This document shows, piece after piece, positions 27,813 to 39,859 of a DNA stretch of 64,000 nt. Source of the DNA: an uncultured Clostridia bacterium (lineage in GTDB: Bacteria; Bacillota; Clostridia; Oscillospirales; QAKW01); NCBI GenBank assembly GCA_944387895.1, contig CALXGQ010000021.1, forward strand, positions 15,199 to 79,198, read 5' to 3'. Below the pieces are notes generated by a model. It saw nothing but the letters and a program-made list of their open reading frames with translations, was not told the origin of the DNA and ran no database searches. The position numbers and the translations under genes are program-made. Position 1 is the stretch's first letter. Every line of letters starts with the position of its first letter.

Positions 27813-28415
27813 TTATTTTACGCCCCGCCTGATTATTTCAATCACCTGATTCAAAGCCGGCGAGACCAGAAGATTGACCAGAAATTCAACAACAAAATTG
27901 ATCCCGGCGCAGCCGATGATCAGGAAATACACCACCGTTTGCCCGTTCGGCACGAAATTGGAGGAAAGGGTATCGCTCATCAGCAGGCCGAAAAGAATGA
28001 AGATCCCCGTATTCAGAACCGGCGCTGCGGCAGCGCCGGCAAAGGCCGCCGCCAAACGGTTTTTCCGGGCAACCAGCTTATAGATCAGCCCGGCGCCGAG
28101 GCCCGCCGCCGTGCCCTTGACAAGGCAGGTCAGCGTTGTGAGAACCGGGTGATCCTGAAAGAGGATCTGGGTAAAATAATCGGTGCCGTTGATCCCGGCG
28201 ATCAGCGTGATCACGCCGAAGGCGAAGCCGAGAAAGGCTCCGGCCGCCGGGCCGAGCAGCATCCCCCCCAAAGCGATGGGGATCAGAACCAGGCTGAAGC
28301 TGGTCGGCCCGATCTTGATGCCGCTTCCGAAGGTCTGCAAAAGAAGCACCAGCGCCAGCAAAATCGCCAGCTCAACCAGATACAGCGTTTTCTCTTTTGT
28401 CGTTTTTCTTTCCAT
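27813..28415 (-). CDS. ECF transporter S component, PanT-like (putative pantothenate-specific)
   Basis: 200 aa with 6 TM helices (SFSLVLIPIALGGMLLGPAAGAFLGFAFG). It lies immediately downstream of coaX. Confidence 0.55.
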   Translation of the reverse strand: MERKTTKEKTLYLVELAILLALVLLLQTFGSGIKIGPTSFSLVLIPIALGGMLLGPAAGAFLGFAFGVITLIAGINGTDYFTQILFQDHPVLTTLTCLVKGTAAGLGAGLIYKLVARKNRLAAAFAGAAAAPVLNTGIFILFGLLMSDTLSSNFVPNGQTVVYFLIIGCAGINFVVEFLVNLLVSPALNQVIEIIRRGVK

Positions 28416-28512
28416 AACGAAAAATCTCCTTTCGGGGCTTTACCCGATGCTGACGCCCCGCCCCCGGACAGGTGCATCGCAGCTCTATTTTTATGTAAAC
28501 AGCAAAAAGCTG

Positions 28513-29298
28513 TCAACATCCGTGTTTGCCGCAGGTATTTTCATAAATGACCCGCAGCCCCTTGAGGGTCAAAAACGGCTCCGATACCATCGTATGGCTG
28601 CAAAGGGGCAGGATCAGATTGCTCAGCCCGCCGGTGGCGAATACCGTTGGTTCCTCCATGCCCGGCTCCGCCGCCATCCGGTCGATAAACCCGTCGACAG
28701 AGAAGGCGTGCCCCAGCAGAACGCCGGTGGAAATACAGGCCGCCGTATTCCGCCCGATGGGGCTCTTCGGCGGCTCCAGCGCCACGATCGGCAGCTGGGC
28801 GGTGGAGGCGCGCAGCCCCTCCAGCGACGGCCGGATCCCCGGCAGAATCGCGCCGCCGATCAGCTCCCGCCTGTTGTTTACCGCAAAAATCGTCGTGGCC
28901 GTCCCTGCGTCCACGATGATGGCCGCCCCCGGCGCCTTTCCTGCCGCGGCGGCGGCATTGGCAACGATATCCGCTCCCACCTCGCCGGGCGCGTCGGTGC
29001 GGATCGCTATGCCGGTTTTTACGCCGGCGCCCACCGTCAGGATCCGGCAGGCCTGCACCATCTGCACCGCCTGCCTGATCGTATGAGTCAGCACCGGAAC
29101 GACCGAAGCGATTGCGCAGCCGGTGATCTCCGCCGGTTCCGCCCCACGCAGACCCAGCGCCTGCCGGAGGGCGGCCGCATATTCATCGGCCGTCCGCTGC
29201 TCCCCTGATCCGAACCGGATGGAAAAAAACGGCTCCTCTTCCTCCCGGAAGCCGCCCACCGTTATACTTGAATTTCCGATGTCCACAGCCAGCAGCAT
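28513..29298 (-). CDS. coaX: Type III pantothenate kinase
   Basis: 261 aa. It has MLLAVDIGNSSITVGGF and an ASKHA-fold pattern (IIVDAGTATT; TGG). Confidence 0.9.
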   Translation of the reverse strand: MLLAVDIGNSSITVGGFREEEEPFFSIRFGSGEQRTADEYAAALRQALGLRGAEPAEITGCAIASVVPVLTHTIRQAVQMVQACRILTVGAGVKTGIAIRTDAPGEVGADIVANAAAAAGKAPGAAIIVDAGTATTIFAVNNRRELIGGAILPGIRPSLEGLRASTAQLPIVALEPPKSPIGRNTAACISTGVLLGHAFSVDGFIDRMAAEPGMEEPTVFATGGLSNLILPLCSHTMVSEPFLTLKGLRVIYENTCGKHGC

Positions 29299-29322
29299 AC
29301 GATCTCTCCTTCCTCATTTTTT

Positions 29323-29351
29323 ATTTTACTCCATTTTTCAAAATAAATCAA
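29323..29351 (-). promoter_or_regulatory. Promoter of coaX (TTGATT-17-TAAAAT)
   Basis: -35 at 29346-29351 and -10 at 29323-29328. A GAGGAAGGAG RBS follows. Confidence 0.5.
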
Positions 29352-29379
29352 GACCGCCAAACGCTCCGCGCCGGAAAAC

Positions 29380-29419
29380 AACGAATAAAGCGCGTCTTTA
29401 AGCTCTGCAAAGACGCGCT
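29380..29419 (-). terminator. Intrinsic terminator after the GH13 gene
   Basis: The 11-bp stem AGCGCGTCTTT/AAAGACGCGCT is followed on the minus strand by TTATTCGTTGTTTT. Confidence 0.55.
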
Positions 29420-29441
29420 AAAGAACCTTTCGCCCAGGTTT

Positions 29442-31253
29442 CTATCCATCCGGCTGCTCCGCCAGAAACCATCCGAACCCGCCGGGAAGCAGGCAGCCGT
29501 TTTCCCAGCCCTCGGCCAGGATCGGATCGCTCTCCATCGGCATGGGCAGATCGCTGAAATTCAGGGCTGTTCGGATCTCGCCCCGGTCAAAAACCAGCCG
29601 CCGCCCCTCATAGACGACAAACCGGCATCCGCCGGAAAAGGAGGCGCGATGCGCCTGCCGGACGGTGCTCAGGCTCTTATAATATTCCAGCAGGGCGCGG
29701 TCGCCCCCCTCCCAGGGATAGGTGCCGCGGCAGTAGGGATCGCCGTAGCCCTCCATGCCCAGCTCGTCGCCGTAAAAAATACAGGGGATCCCCGGAAGGG
29801 AAAATTGCAGCATCGCCGCCTTCTTCACCAGCGCCGTGCCGCGCTCCCGCTGCTCCCGGGAAAGGTAATTATCCGCCTGAAACGCCCGGGGCGGAATAAA
29901 ATCAGCCCCCAGACGGTTGAGGATCCGCGCCGTATCGTGGGTGGAAAGGATGTTCATCAGGCAGCGCAGCGCCGGCTGCGGATAGCTTTCCATCAGTTCC
30001 ATCACCGCCCGGTAAAAGGCTTCGGTATCCCCGCTCTTCAGCAGCGCCACAATCGCCTCCAGCCAGGGATAATTCATCACCGTATCGCATTGCCTGCCCA
30101 GCAGAAACCGGCGCCGGGCGCCGTAGCTCACCTTTTCCACCGCGTTTTCCCATACCTCGCCGATGATGACGCTATTCTGAGCGGCGGCTTTTACCCGCCG
30201 CCGGAAGGCCTCCAGAAATCCATCCGGCAGCTCATCCGCCACGTCCAGCCGCCAGCCGTAGGCGCCGCGATCCATCCACCGCCGGGCAATGCCCTCTTCA
30301 CCGTTGATATATTCCATAAAATCCGGCGCCAGCTCGTTGACGCAGGGCAGGGAATCAAAGCCCCACCAGCAATCGTATCGATCCGGATATTCCAGAAAAT
30401 GATACCAGTGATAATACGGCGATTCCGGGCTCTGATAGGCCCCAAGATCCGGATAAAGCCCTTCCCGGTTGAAATATCTGCTGTTTGCGCCGGTATGGGA
30501 AAAGACGCCGTCCAGAACAATGCGGATCCCCAGCTCCTCCGCCGCGCGGCAAAGGGCTGTAAAATCCTCGTTGCTGCCCAGCAGAGGATCCACCTGATCG
30601 TAATCGGCGGTGCTGTACCGATGGTTTTCCCCACTCTCGAAAATCGGATTGAGGTAGATCAGATCAACGCCCAGCTCCTTTAAATACGGCAGTTTTTCCC
30701 GGATCCCCGGCAGATTTCCGCCAAAAAAATCGTTGCCCTTAAAATCCGCCCGATCCTGAACGAAGAGCGGACGCTCCTCCCAGCGATCGTGATAGATCCG
30801 CTCCCCCCGCACCGGGCGGCGCTCCTTCAGCGCGCCCCTGCAAAACCGATCCGGGAAGATCTGATACCAGATCCCCCCGGCCAGCTCCGCCGGCGTTTCA
30901 AAATCCCGCTCATACACCGTCAGCCGCCATTCCGGCAGCCAGTCCCCGATGGTGGCCCGCACGCCGTCTGGCGTGCCGATGAACAGCAGGCCTCCGTCCT
31001 CCTTTTCCGCCTCGAACCGATAAAAACACAGCCCCGCCTTCTGCAGCCGGAGCACGCCGGAAAAGATCCCGGTTTCCCCTTCTTTTTCCAGATACCCGCT
31101 CTCGGTTTCCCCCGTTTCATAGCGGAAAACCGCCCGGATCCTGCGGCAATACGGCTCATCGCGCAATACCACCTTCAAAAAAAGCGGTTCCTCCGCCCGC
31201 AGGGCGCCGAAGGGCCGTTTATATTCTGTTTCTCTGCTGTTGAAAAATACCAT
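29442..31253 (-). CDS. GH13 alpha-amylase-family glycosidase (neopullulanase/alpha-glucosidase-like)
   Basis: 603 aa from ATG 31253. GH13 regions I-IV are present (IVLDGVFSHTG, GWRLDVADEL, IIGEVWE, LSTHDTAR). The TTG at 31289 coincides with a TTGACA box. Confidence 0.85.
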   Translation of the reverse strand: MVFFNSRETEYKRPFGALRAEEPLFLKVVLRDEPYCRRIRAVFRYETGETESGYLEKEGETGIFSGVLRLQKAGLCFYRFEAEKEDGGLLFIGTPDGVRATIGDWLPEWRLTVYERDFETPAELAGGIWYQIFPDRFCRGALKERRPVRGERIYHDRWEERPLFVQDRADFKGNDFFGGNLPGIREKLPYLKELGVDLIYLNPIFESGENHRYSTADYDQVDPLLGSNEDFTALCRAAEELGIRIVLDGVFSHTGANSRYFNREGLYPDLGAYQSPESPYYHWYHFLEYPDRYDCWWGFDSLPCVNELAPDFMEYINGEEGIARRWMDRGAYGWRLDVADELPDGFLEAFRRRVKAAAQNSVIIGEVWENAVEKVSYGARRRFLLGRQCDTVMNYPWLEAIVALLKSGDTEAFYRAVMELMESYPQPALRCLMNILSTHDTARILNRLGADFIPPRAFQADNYLSREQRERGTALVKKAAMLQFSLPGIPCIFYGDELGMEGYGDPYCRGTYPWEGGDRALLEYYKSLSTVRQAHRASFSGGCRFVVYEGRRLVFDRGEIRTALNFSDLPMPMESDPILAEGWENGCLLPGGFGWFLAEQPDG

Positions 31254-31259
31254 ACGTAT

Positions 31260-31289
31260 ATAATATGCTCTCTTCTGCGTTCTTGTCAA
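31260..31289 (-). promoter_or_regulatory. Promoter of the GH13 gene (TTGACA-18-TATTAT) ending 6 nt before the ATG
   Basis: The minus strand reads TTGACAagaacgcagaagagagcaTATTATatacgtATG. No SD sequence lies between the -10 and the ATG. Confidence 0.4.
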
Positions 31290-31500
31290 GAGATTTTCCG
31301 TTTTGTTTTGTCAATTATACTAATTTTGGTATGGTATGATTTTATTTTTTGTATATTTTTAACAAATACCACTCCTCTTTTTTATGCAATAAATGGATTT
31401 TTAGGAAATCGGCAAATTTTACTATCACTTCAGGGTTGAATGCGGTATAATTATTAATAAGAAAAACAGGCTTAAAAATATCAGGAGGTTTATAAAGGTT

Positions 31501-33380
<1,880 letters not shown>

Positions 33381-33384
<4 letters not shown>

Positions 33385-34598
33385 AAAGAAAAGAAATGCT
33401 GGCCATGCTGCTGGCAGGCGGTCAGGGAAGCCGTCTTTATGTACTTACTCAGGAGATGGCAAAGCCGGCTGTCCCCTTCGGCGGGAAATATCGCATTATT
33501 GATTTTCCTTTGTCCAACTGCACCAATTCCGGGATCGATACGGTCGGCGTTTTAACGCAATACCGCCCTCTGGAGCTTCACACCTATATCGGAAACGGCC
33601 AGCCCTGGGATCTGGATCGGATGCAGGGCGGCGTACATATCCTGCCCCCCTATGTGTCCGGCTCCACCGGCGAATGGTACGCCGGAACCGCCAACGCCAT
33701 CTACCAGAACATCCAGTTTATCGAAAAATATGATCCGGAATATGTTCTGATCCTTTCCGGGGACCATGTTTACAAAATGGACTACAGCCAGATGCTGGAC
33801 TTCCATAAAGCCAAAAAGGCCGACGCCACCATCGCCACCCTGCAGGTGCCCATCGAGGAGGCCAGCCGGTTCGGCATCATCAACGCCGATGCCGACGATC
33901 ATATCTATGAATTTGAAGAAAAGCCCGCCCATCCGAAAAGCGACCGCGCCTCCATGGGCATTTACATCTTCACCTGGGAAAAGCTGCGCAAGTATCTGAT
34001 CGAGGACGAAAACGATCCCCAAAGCTCCAAAGACTTCGGCAAGGACGTTCTGCCCCGGATGCTGGCGGCAGGGGAGCGGCTCTTCGCCTATTGCTTCGAC
34101 GGCTACTGGAAGGACGTGGGCACCATCGAAAGCCTCTGGGAGGCCAACATGGATCTTCTGAATCCCCATATCCCTCTGAATCTTTCCGATCCGGACTGGC
34201 GGATCTATGCGCGCCACGACCATAACCTGATGCCGCAGTATATCGGCCGCAACGTCCGGGTGGGCGAATCGATCGTCACCGAAAACTGCACCCTCGACGG
34301 ATGCAGCCTCTGGTACAGCGTCCTCTTTTCCGGCGTGACCATCGGCGCAGGGAGCGTTCTGAATTCCGCCGTTGTGATGCAGGACGTTAAAATCGGTAAA
34401 AACTGCACCATCAAATACGCCATCATTGCTTCCGACGCCGTGATTGAAGACGGCGCGGTGATCGGCGCGGAGCCGGAGCATTACCACGGCGGCGAATGGG
34501 GCATCGCGGTGGTGGGTTCCGGCGCGGTGGTCAAGGCCGGCCAGGTGGTGCGCCCCAAAGAAATGATCAAACCCAAAACGGTAAAGGAGGCTGATTAA
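33381..34598 (+). CDS. glgC: Glucose-1-phosphate adenylyltransferase
   Basis: 405 aa. It has [19 protein letters not shown] and a left-handed beta-helix C-terminus. ATGA overlap with glgB. Confidence 0.95.
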
Positions 34599-34600
34599 CC

Positions 34601-35716
34601 ATGAACGCTCTCGGATTGATTTTTTGCGACCATTACAGCTCCAATCTTCCCAATAACGAGCTGACCCGTTCCCGCACTCCCGCCTCCCTCCCCTTCGGCG
34701 GCCGTTTCCGGGCCATCGACTTTTCCCTTTCCTCCATGGTCAACGCCGGCATGAGCGATATCGGCGTAATCTGCAAGGAAAACTACGGCTCTCTGATCGA
34801 CCATCTGGGCAGCGGCGAGGACTGGGATCTCAACCGCCGCAACGGCGGCATCACGCTGCTGACCCCGCTGGCCCGGCCCGAAACAAAGATCTGGCCCATC
34901 CGCGGCCGGCTGGACGCGCTGCGCGCCTATAAACAATTTATTGCCGACGCCAGGCAGGAGCTGGTGGTTCTGGCCTTCGGCGGCACCATTGCCAATATCG
35001 ATCTGGAGGCCATGCTGGAAGAGCATGTCAAAAACGACGCTTTCGTCACCCTGGCCTACAGCAACATCCCCGCCTATACCGGGGAAATGATCCTGCATCT
35101 GCAGGAGGACGGGCGCATCGAAAACATTTCCTATCAGCGCGAAGAGGAAGCGGGAAGGCATTACTTTGCGCTGGGTACTTATATCGTCAACCGGCTGGAT
35201 CTCCTCGATTTTCTTGACAAAGCCGACAATAATGATTATACTAATCTGAACAGGGACTTCGTTCAGAGAAATCTTGCCTCCTGCCGGATCTACGGCTACC
35301 ATCATCAAGGCTACGCGCGCATCATCCGCACGATCGAGGATTATTTTGCCTCCAATATGGATATGCTAAATCCGGAGCTGAAAATGGAGCTTTTTGACGC
35401 CGAGCACCCTGTTTATACCAAGGTCAAGGACTCTGTCCCCACGCTGTATGACTATCATGCCATCGTGGAAAACAGCCTGATTGCAGACGGCTGCGTCATC
35501 AAGGGATCGGTCAAAAACTCCGTGATATTCCGCGGCGTTGTTGTCGAGGAAGGCGCGGTGGTGGAGGATTCCATCCTGATGCAGAAGAGCACGGTGGGCA
35601 AAAACGCGCAGGTTTGCCGGGTGATCACCGATAAAAACGTGGTCATCAACGAGGAAACCGAGGTGCGCGGCGCATCTTCCCTGCCCTTTGTGATCGGAAA
35701 AGGAAAAAAGGTGTAA
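34601..35716 (+). CDS. glgD: Glucose-1-phosphate adenylyltransferase regulatory subunit GlgD
   Basis: 371 aa GlgC paralogue lacking the GxGxRL loop (PFGGRFRAIDF is retained). Its position between glgC and glgA matches the Bacillus-type operon. Confidence 0.85.
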   Translation: MNALGLIFCDHYSSNLPNNELTRSRTPASLPFGGRFRAIDFSLSSMVNAGMSDIGVICKENYGSLIDHLGSGEDWDLNRRNGGITLLTPLARPETKIWPIRGRLDALRAYKQFIADARQELVVLAFGGTIANIDLEAMLEEHVKNDAFVTLAYSNIPAYTGEMILHLQEDGRIENISYQREEEAGRHYFALGTYIVNRLDLLDFLDKADNNDYTNLNRDFVQRNLASCRIYGYHHQGYARIIRTIEDYFASNMDMLNPELKMELFDAEHPVYTKVKDSVPTLYDYHAIVENSLIADGCVIKGSVKNSVIFRGVVVEEGAVVEDSILMQKSTVGKNAQVCRVITDKNVVINEETEVRGASSLPFVIGKGKKV

Positions 35717-35719
35717 TCG

Positions 35720-37138
35720 ATGAAAATACTTTATGCAGCAAGCGAAGCCGCTCCTTTCATCAAGGTCGGCGGATTGGGTGACGTTGCGGGCGCGCTGCCG
35801 AAAGCCCTTTGCCGGGCCGGCGACGACGTCAGGGTCATCCTCCCCTTCTATAGCGCCATTCCCCAGCACCTCAAGGAGCAGTGCACTTACCGCACCAACT
35901 TTTACTTCAATAACGCCTGGCGCAGCCAGTACTGCGGGATCTTTGAAGCGGAGATCGACGGCGTCACCTATTACCTGCTGGATAACCAGTACTATTTTGA
36001 CCGCCCGGAGATCTACGGCGCTTTCGACGATGGCGAACGGTTCGCCTTCTTCTCCCGCGGGGTGCTGGAATGCCTGCCGCTGATCGGTTTTTATCCCGAT
36101 ATCCTGCATTGCAACGACTGGCATACCGCCCTGATCCCCGTGCTGCTGGACACCCAGTTCCGCAACCGGCCGGGCTACGGCGGGATTCGCACCGTCTTCA
36201 CCATCCACAATATTGAATTTCAGGGCAAATTCGATCCCTACATTCTGGGCAACGTCTTTGGGCTGAGCGAGGATATCAAGCCGATCCTTTACTATGGCGA
36301 CTGCATCAACCTGATGAAAGGCGCCATCGAGTGCTCCAACCGGGTCACAACCGTTTCCCGCCGCTATGCGGAAGAAATCATGAGCCCGCCGAAATCCTGC
36401 GGGCTGGAGCATATCCTTCAGGCGCGGTACTGGAAGGTTTCCGGGATCCTGAACGGGATCGATACCGAGCTCTTTGATCCGGAAACAGACCGACGCATCG
36501 CGCAAAACTACAATGTAGACTCCCTTTCTCTGAAAATCAAAAACAAAAACGCCTTGCAGACAGAACTGGGGCTGCCGGTGACCAACAGCGTTCCCCTCTA
36601 CGGCATGGTGACCCGGCTGACCCACCAGAAAGGTCTGGATCTGATCACCGCCAAGCTGGACTGGCTGGCCAGCCAGGAGGTTCAGGTGATCATCCTGGGA
36701 ACCGGGGACGCCAAATATGAGCAGTTCCTGCGGGAGGCCGCCGGGCGACATCCCGGCAACCTGCGGGTCTGCCTGGCCTTCGACGGTGATCTGGCGCAGC
36801 GCATCTATGCCGGCTGCGACTTCTTTATCATGCCCAGCGAATTTGAGCCGTGCGGGCTGGCGCAGATGATCGCCATGCGCTACGGCACCCTGCCGATCGT
36901 GCATACCACCGGCGGGCTGGCGGATACCGTCATCCCCTATAATCCGGAAGACAAAACCGGGCGCGGCATCACCTTCCAGAGCTTTCACCCGGAGGATTTT
37001 TCCAACGCGCTCTGGCGCGCTTTGGAGCTCTTCCACAATAAGCCCCACTTTACCAAAGCGCGGAAAAACGCCATGGAGGGCGATTACAGCTGGGGACCCA
37101 GCGTGGCCGCCTATCAGGCCCTTTACCGCGAAATTTAA
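35720..37138 (+). CDS. glgA: Glycogen synthase (ADP-glucose)
   Basis: 472 aa. It has MKILYAASEAAPFIKVGGLGDV (KxGGL motif) and a GT5 fold. Confidence 0.95.
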   Translation: MKILYAASEAAPFIKVGGLGDVAGALPKALCRAGDDVRVILPFYSAIPQHLKEQCTYRTNFYFNNAWRSQYCGIFEAEIDGVTYYLLDNQYYFDRPEIYGAFDDGERFAFFSRGVLECLPLIGFYPDILHCNDWHTALIPVLLDTQFRNRPGYGGIRTVFTIHNIEFQGKFDPYILGNVFGLSEDIKPILYYGDCINLMKGAIECSNRVTTVSRRYAEEIMSPPKSCGLEHILQARYWKVSGILNGIDTELFDPETDRRIAQNYNVDSLSLKIKNKNALQTELGLPVTNSVPLYGMVTRLTHQKGLDLITAKLDWLASQEVQVIILGTGDAKYEQFLREAAGRHPGNLRVCLAFDGDLAQRIYAGCDFFIMPSEFEPCGLAQMIAMRYGTLPIVHTTGGLADTVIPYNPEDKTGRGITFQSFHPEDFSNALWRALELFHNKPHFTKARKNAMEGDYSWGPSVAAYQALYREI

Positions 37139-37218
37139 CCCAAACCGAAACAAGACGGAGCTTTTCAGCTTCGCCTTCTTTCACTTTATAAACCAAAGCA
37201 AGGAGAAATAATGAATTT

Positions 37219-39618
37219 ATGACGCAAAAAGAAATCAAAGAGAAAATCCGCAACGCCGTCACCGAAAAGTTTGCCTGCGAGGCGGAGGACGCCACCATCC
37301 GGCAGATCTACGAAAGCGTGATCAGCATGGTGGTGCAGGAGCTGAGCAAGCGTTCCAGCAGCGCGTCCAAGGAGATCGCCCATCAGGAATGTAAAAAGGT
37401 CTACTATATGTCCATGGAATTCCTGATCGGCCGTTCCCTCAAAAACAATCTCTATAATTTAGGGATCGAAGAAAAGGTGCGCGCCGTATTGCAGGATCTG
37501 AACGTGGATCTGGAGCAGCTCTATGAAATGGAGCCGGACGCCGGCCTCGGCAACGGCGGCCTCGGCCGTCTGGCGGCCTGCTACCTCGATTCTCTGACCG
37601 CCTGCAATTATCCTGCCACCGGCTTTTCCATCCGCTATGAGTTCGGCATTTTCCGGCAGGTGATCATCGACGGCTGGCAGATGGAATTTCCCGATAACTG
37701 GCTGGAGATGGGCGGCGGCTGGCTGATCCCCCGCCCCGATGAAGCCCAGGAGATCCATTTCGACGGCCAGGTCGAGGAGCTCTGGAGCAGCGAAGGACTC
37801 AAAACCATTCATAAAAACTACTATAAAGTCCTTGCCGTTCCCTACGATCTGATGATCTCGGGCTATGATTCCAAAATCGTCAATAAACTGCGTCTTTGGG
37901 GTGCAAAAAGCCTGGAAAACTTTGATATGTCGCTCTTTTCCCGGGGGGAATACCTCAAAAGCTGCGAAGGCGACGCCAAGGCCGAAGCCATCTCCCGAGT
38001 TCTCTATCCCGCCGACGATCATGAAGAGGGAAAAGTCCTCCGGCTGCGGCAGCAGTATTTCTTTGTCAGCGCCTCCTTGCAGAATATCCTGCAGGATCAT
38101 CTGAAAAAATACGGCACGCTGGATAACCTGGCCGAAAAGGTCGTGGTGCATATCAACGACACCCACCCGGCCCTCTGCGTGCCGGAGCTGATGCGGCTGC
38201 TGATGGACGACCACGGCTATTCCTGGGACGCGGCATGGAAAATCACCTGCGCCACCCTGGCCTATACCAATCATACCGTTATGAGCGAAGCGCTGGAAAA
38301 ATGGTCGATCGACCTCTTCTCCCGGCATCTGCCCCGAATCTATACCATCGTTCAGGAAATCAACCGCCGCTTCTGTGAGAACGTCTACAACAACCATCCG
38401 GAAAAACGCGGCGCCATTGATAAGATGGCGGTGATCGGCGAGGGCATGGTGCGGATGGCCAACCTCTGCGTGGCCTGCTGCTTCAGCGTAAACGGCGTTT
38501 CCGCTCTCCACAGCGAGATCCTCAAAGAGGATCTCTTCCGGGATTATCATGATATCTTCCCCGGCAAGCTGACCAACGTAACCAACGGCATCGTACACCG
38601 GCGCTGGCTCTGCGAATCCAATCCCCTGCTCTCCGACCTGATCACCGAGCTGATCGGGGATGGCTTTGTTACCAACGGCGCCGAGCTGGAAAAGCTGCTG
38701 AAATTCAAAAACGACGCCTCCGTTCTCAACCGGCTGGCTGAAATCAAGCATGAAAACAAGCTGCGGCTGAGCCGATATATCGAGCACTCCTGCGGCATCA
38801 AGGTCAACCCCCGCTCCATTTTCGATGTTCAGGCAAAGCGGCTGCATGAATATAAGCGCCAGCTGCTCTGCGCCCTGCATATTTACGATCTCTACCGCCG
38901 CATCAAAAATGAAGGTCTCCGCATCCATCCCCATACCTTTATTTTCGGCGCCAAAGCCTCCGCAGGCTACGTGATGGCCAAGGAGATCATCCGCTTTATC
39001 TGCGCCCTCGGCGATATGATCAACAACGATCCCGCCGTCAGCGATCAGCTGAAGATCGTTTTTCTGGCCGATTATAAGGTTTCTCTGGCTGAAATCCTGA
39101 TGCCTGCCGCCGAAGTCAGCGAGCAGATCTCTCTGGCCGGTAAGGAGGCCAGCGGAACCGGGAACATGAAGTTCATGATCAACGGCGCCCTTACCGTTGG
39201 CACCCTGGACGGCGCCAACGTGGAGATCCACGAACAGGTCGGCGGTGAAAACATGTTCCTCTTCGGCCTTACCACGCCGGAGGTCAACCGCTGGAAGGCC
39301 GACGGCTATCATCCCGATCAGCTCTACCGCAACGACCCCCATCTGCGGGATCTGCTGGATTCCATTCTGAAAAACGGCATCGGCGGCAAGAACTTTGAAT
39401 CCATCGTGCGTTACCTGATCGGCCCCGATCCCTATATGGTGCTGGCTGATTTCAACGCCTATAAAAACGCTCATACCAAGATCAACGACGTTTACGGCGA
39501 TCCCCTCAAATGGAATGAAATGTCGCTGGTCAATATCGCCAAAGCGGGCATCTTCGCGTCCGACCGTGCTGTCCGCGAATACGCCGAGAATATCTGGCAT
39601 CTGAGTACCGTTCAGTAA
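37219..39618 (+). CDS. glgP: Glycogen phosphorylase
   Basis: 799 aa GT35 enzyme with the PLP-lysine motif EASGTGNMKFMINGA. Confidence 0.95.
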   Translation: MTQKEIKEKIRNAVTEKFACEAEDATIRQIYESVISMVVQELSKRSSSASKEIAHQECKKVYYMSMEFLIGRSLKNNLYNLGIEEKVRAVLQDLNVDLEQLYEMEPDAGLGNGGLGRLAACYLDSLTACNYPATGFSIRYEFGIFRQVIIDGWQMEFPDNWLEMGGGWLIPRPDEAQEIHFDGQVEELWSSEGLKTIHKNYYKVLAVPYDLMISGYDSKIVNKLRLWGAKSLENFDMSLFSRGEYLKSCEGDAKAEAISRVLYPADDHEEGKVLRLRQQYFFVSASLQNILQDHLKKYGTLDNLAEKVVVHINDTHPALCVPELMRLLMDDHGYSWDAAWKITCATLAYTNHTVMSEALEKWSIDLFSRHLPRIYTIVQEINRRFCENVYNNHPEKRGAIDKMAVIGEGMVRMANLCVACCFSVNGVSALHSEILKEDLFRDYHDIFPGKLTNVTNGIVHRRWLCESNPLLSDLITELIGDGFVTNGAELEKLLKFKNDASVLNRLAEIKHENKLRLSRYIEHSCGIKVNPRSIFDVQAKRLHEYKRQLLCALHIYDLYRRIKNEGLRIHPHTFIFGAKASAGYVMAKEIIRFICALGDMINNDPAVSDQLKIVFLADYKVSLAEILMPAAEVSEQISLAGKEASGTGNMKFMINGALTVGTLDGANVEIHEQVGGENMFLFGLTTPEVNRWKADGYHPDQLYRNDPHLRDLLDSILKNGIGGKNFESIVRYLIGPDPYMVLADFNAYKNAHTKINDVYGDPLKWNEMSLVNIAKAGIFASDRAVREYAENIWHLSTVQ

Positions 39619-39664
39619 CCCCTAAATGGCGGGCGCGTTTTTTGCAAACGTCCCGCACACAGCA

Positions 39665-39712
39665 GGCGCGGCGCAGCTCCAAAAACAAAGCTGCGCCGCG
39701 CCTTTCCCTTTT
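39665..39712 (+). terminator. Intrinsic terminator of the glg operon
   Basis: The perfect 14-bp stem GGCGCGGCGCAGCT/AGCTGCGCCGCGCC is followed by TTTCCCTTTT. Confidence 0.8.
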
Positions 39713-39798
39713 ACCGCTGCAAAAGTCCCGGGGTCCCTCAAAGGCGGTTGCCGCAAGCAGGCTTTTTTAAACGGAATGTAAATTCCCTTCCCCACCGG

Positions 39799-39827
39799 TT
39801 GAAAATGCCGCGCGGTTGTGCTACAAT
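39799..39827 (+). promoter_or_regulatory. Promoter of the CPBP protease gene (TTGAAA-17-TACAAT)
   Basis: Motifs lie at 39799-39804 and 39822-39827. Confidence 0.5.
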
Positions 39828-39859
39828 GCAATGGTAAAATCATTCAACGGAGGCTTAAC

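Noticed and set aside
35366-39600. Two very long minus-strand ORFs (35366-37153, 595 aa; 37459-39600, 713 aa)
   Set aside because: They are antisense to glgA and glgP, which carry unmistakable catalytic motifs. The antisense translations are G/D/A/V-rich with no family signatures. The same reasoning applies to 57158-58909, 15958-17346, 25291-26100, 26299-27849, 29268-30683, 31342-32484 and 20971-22176.
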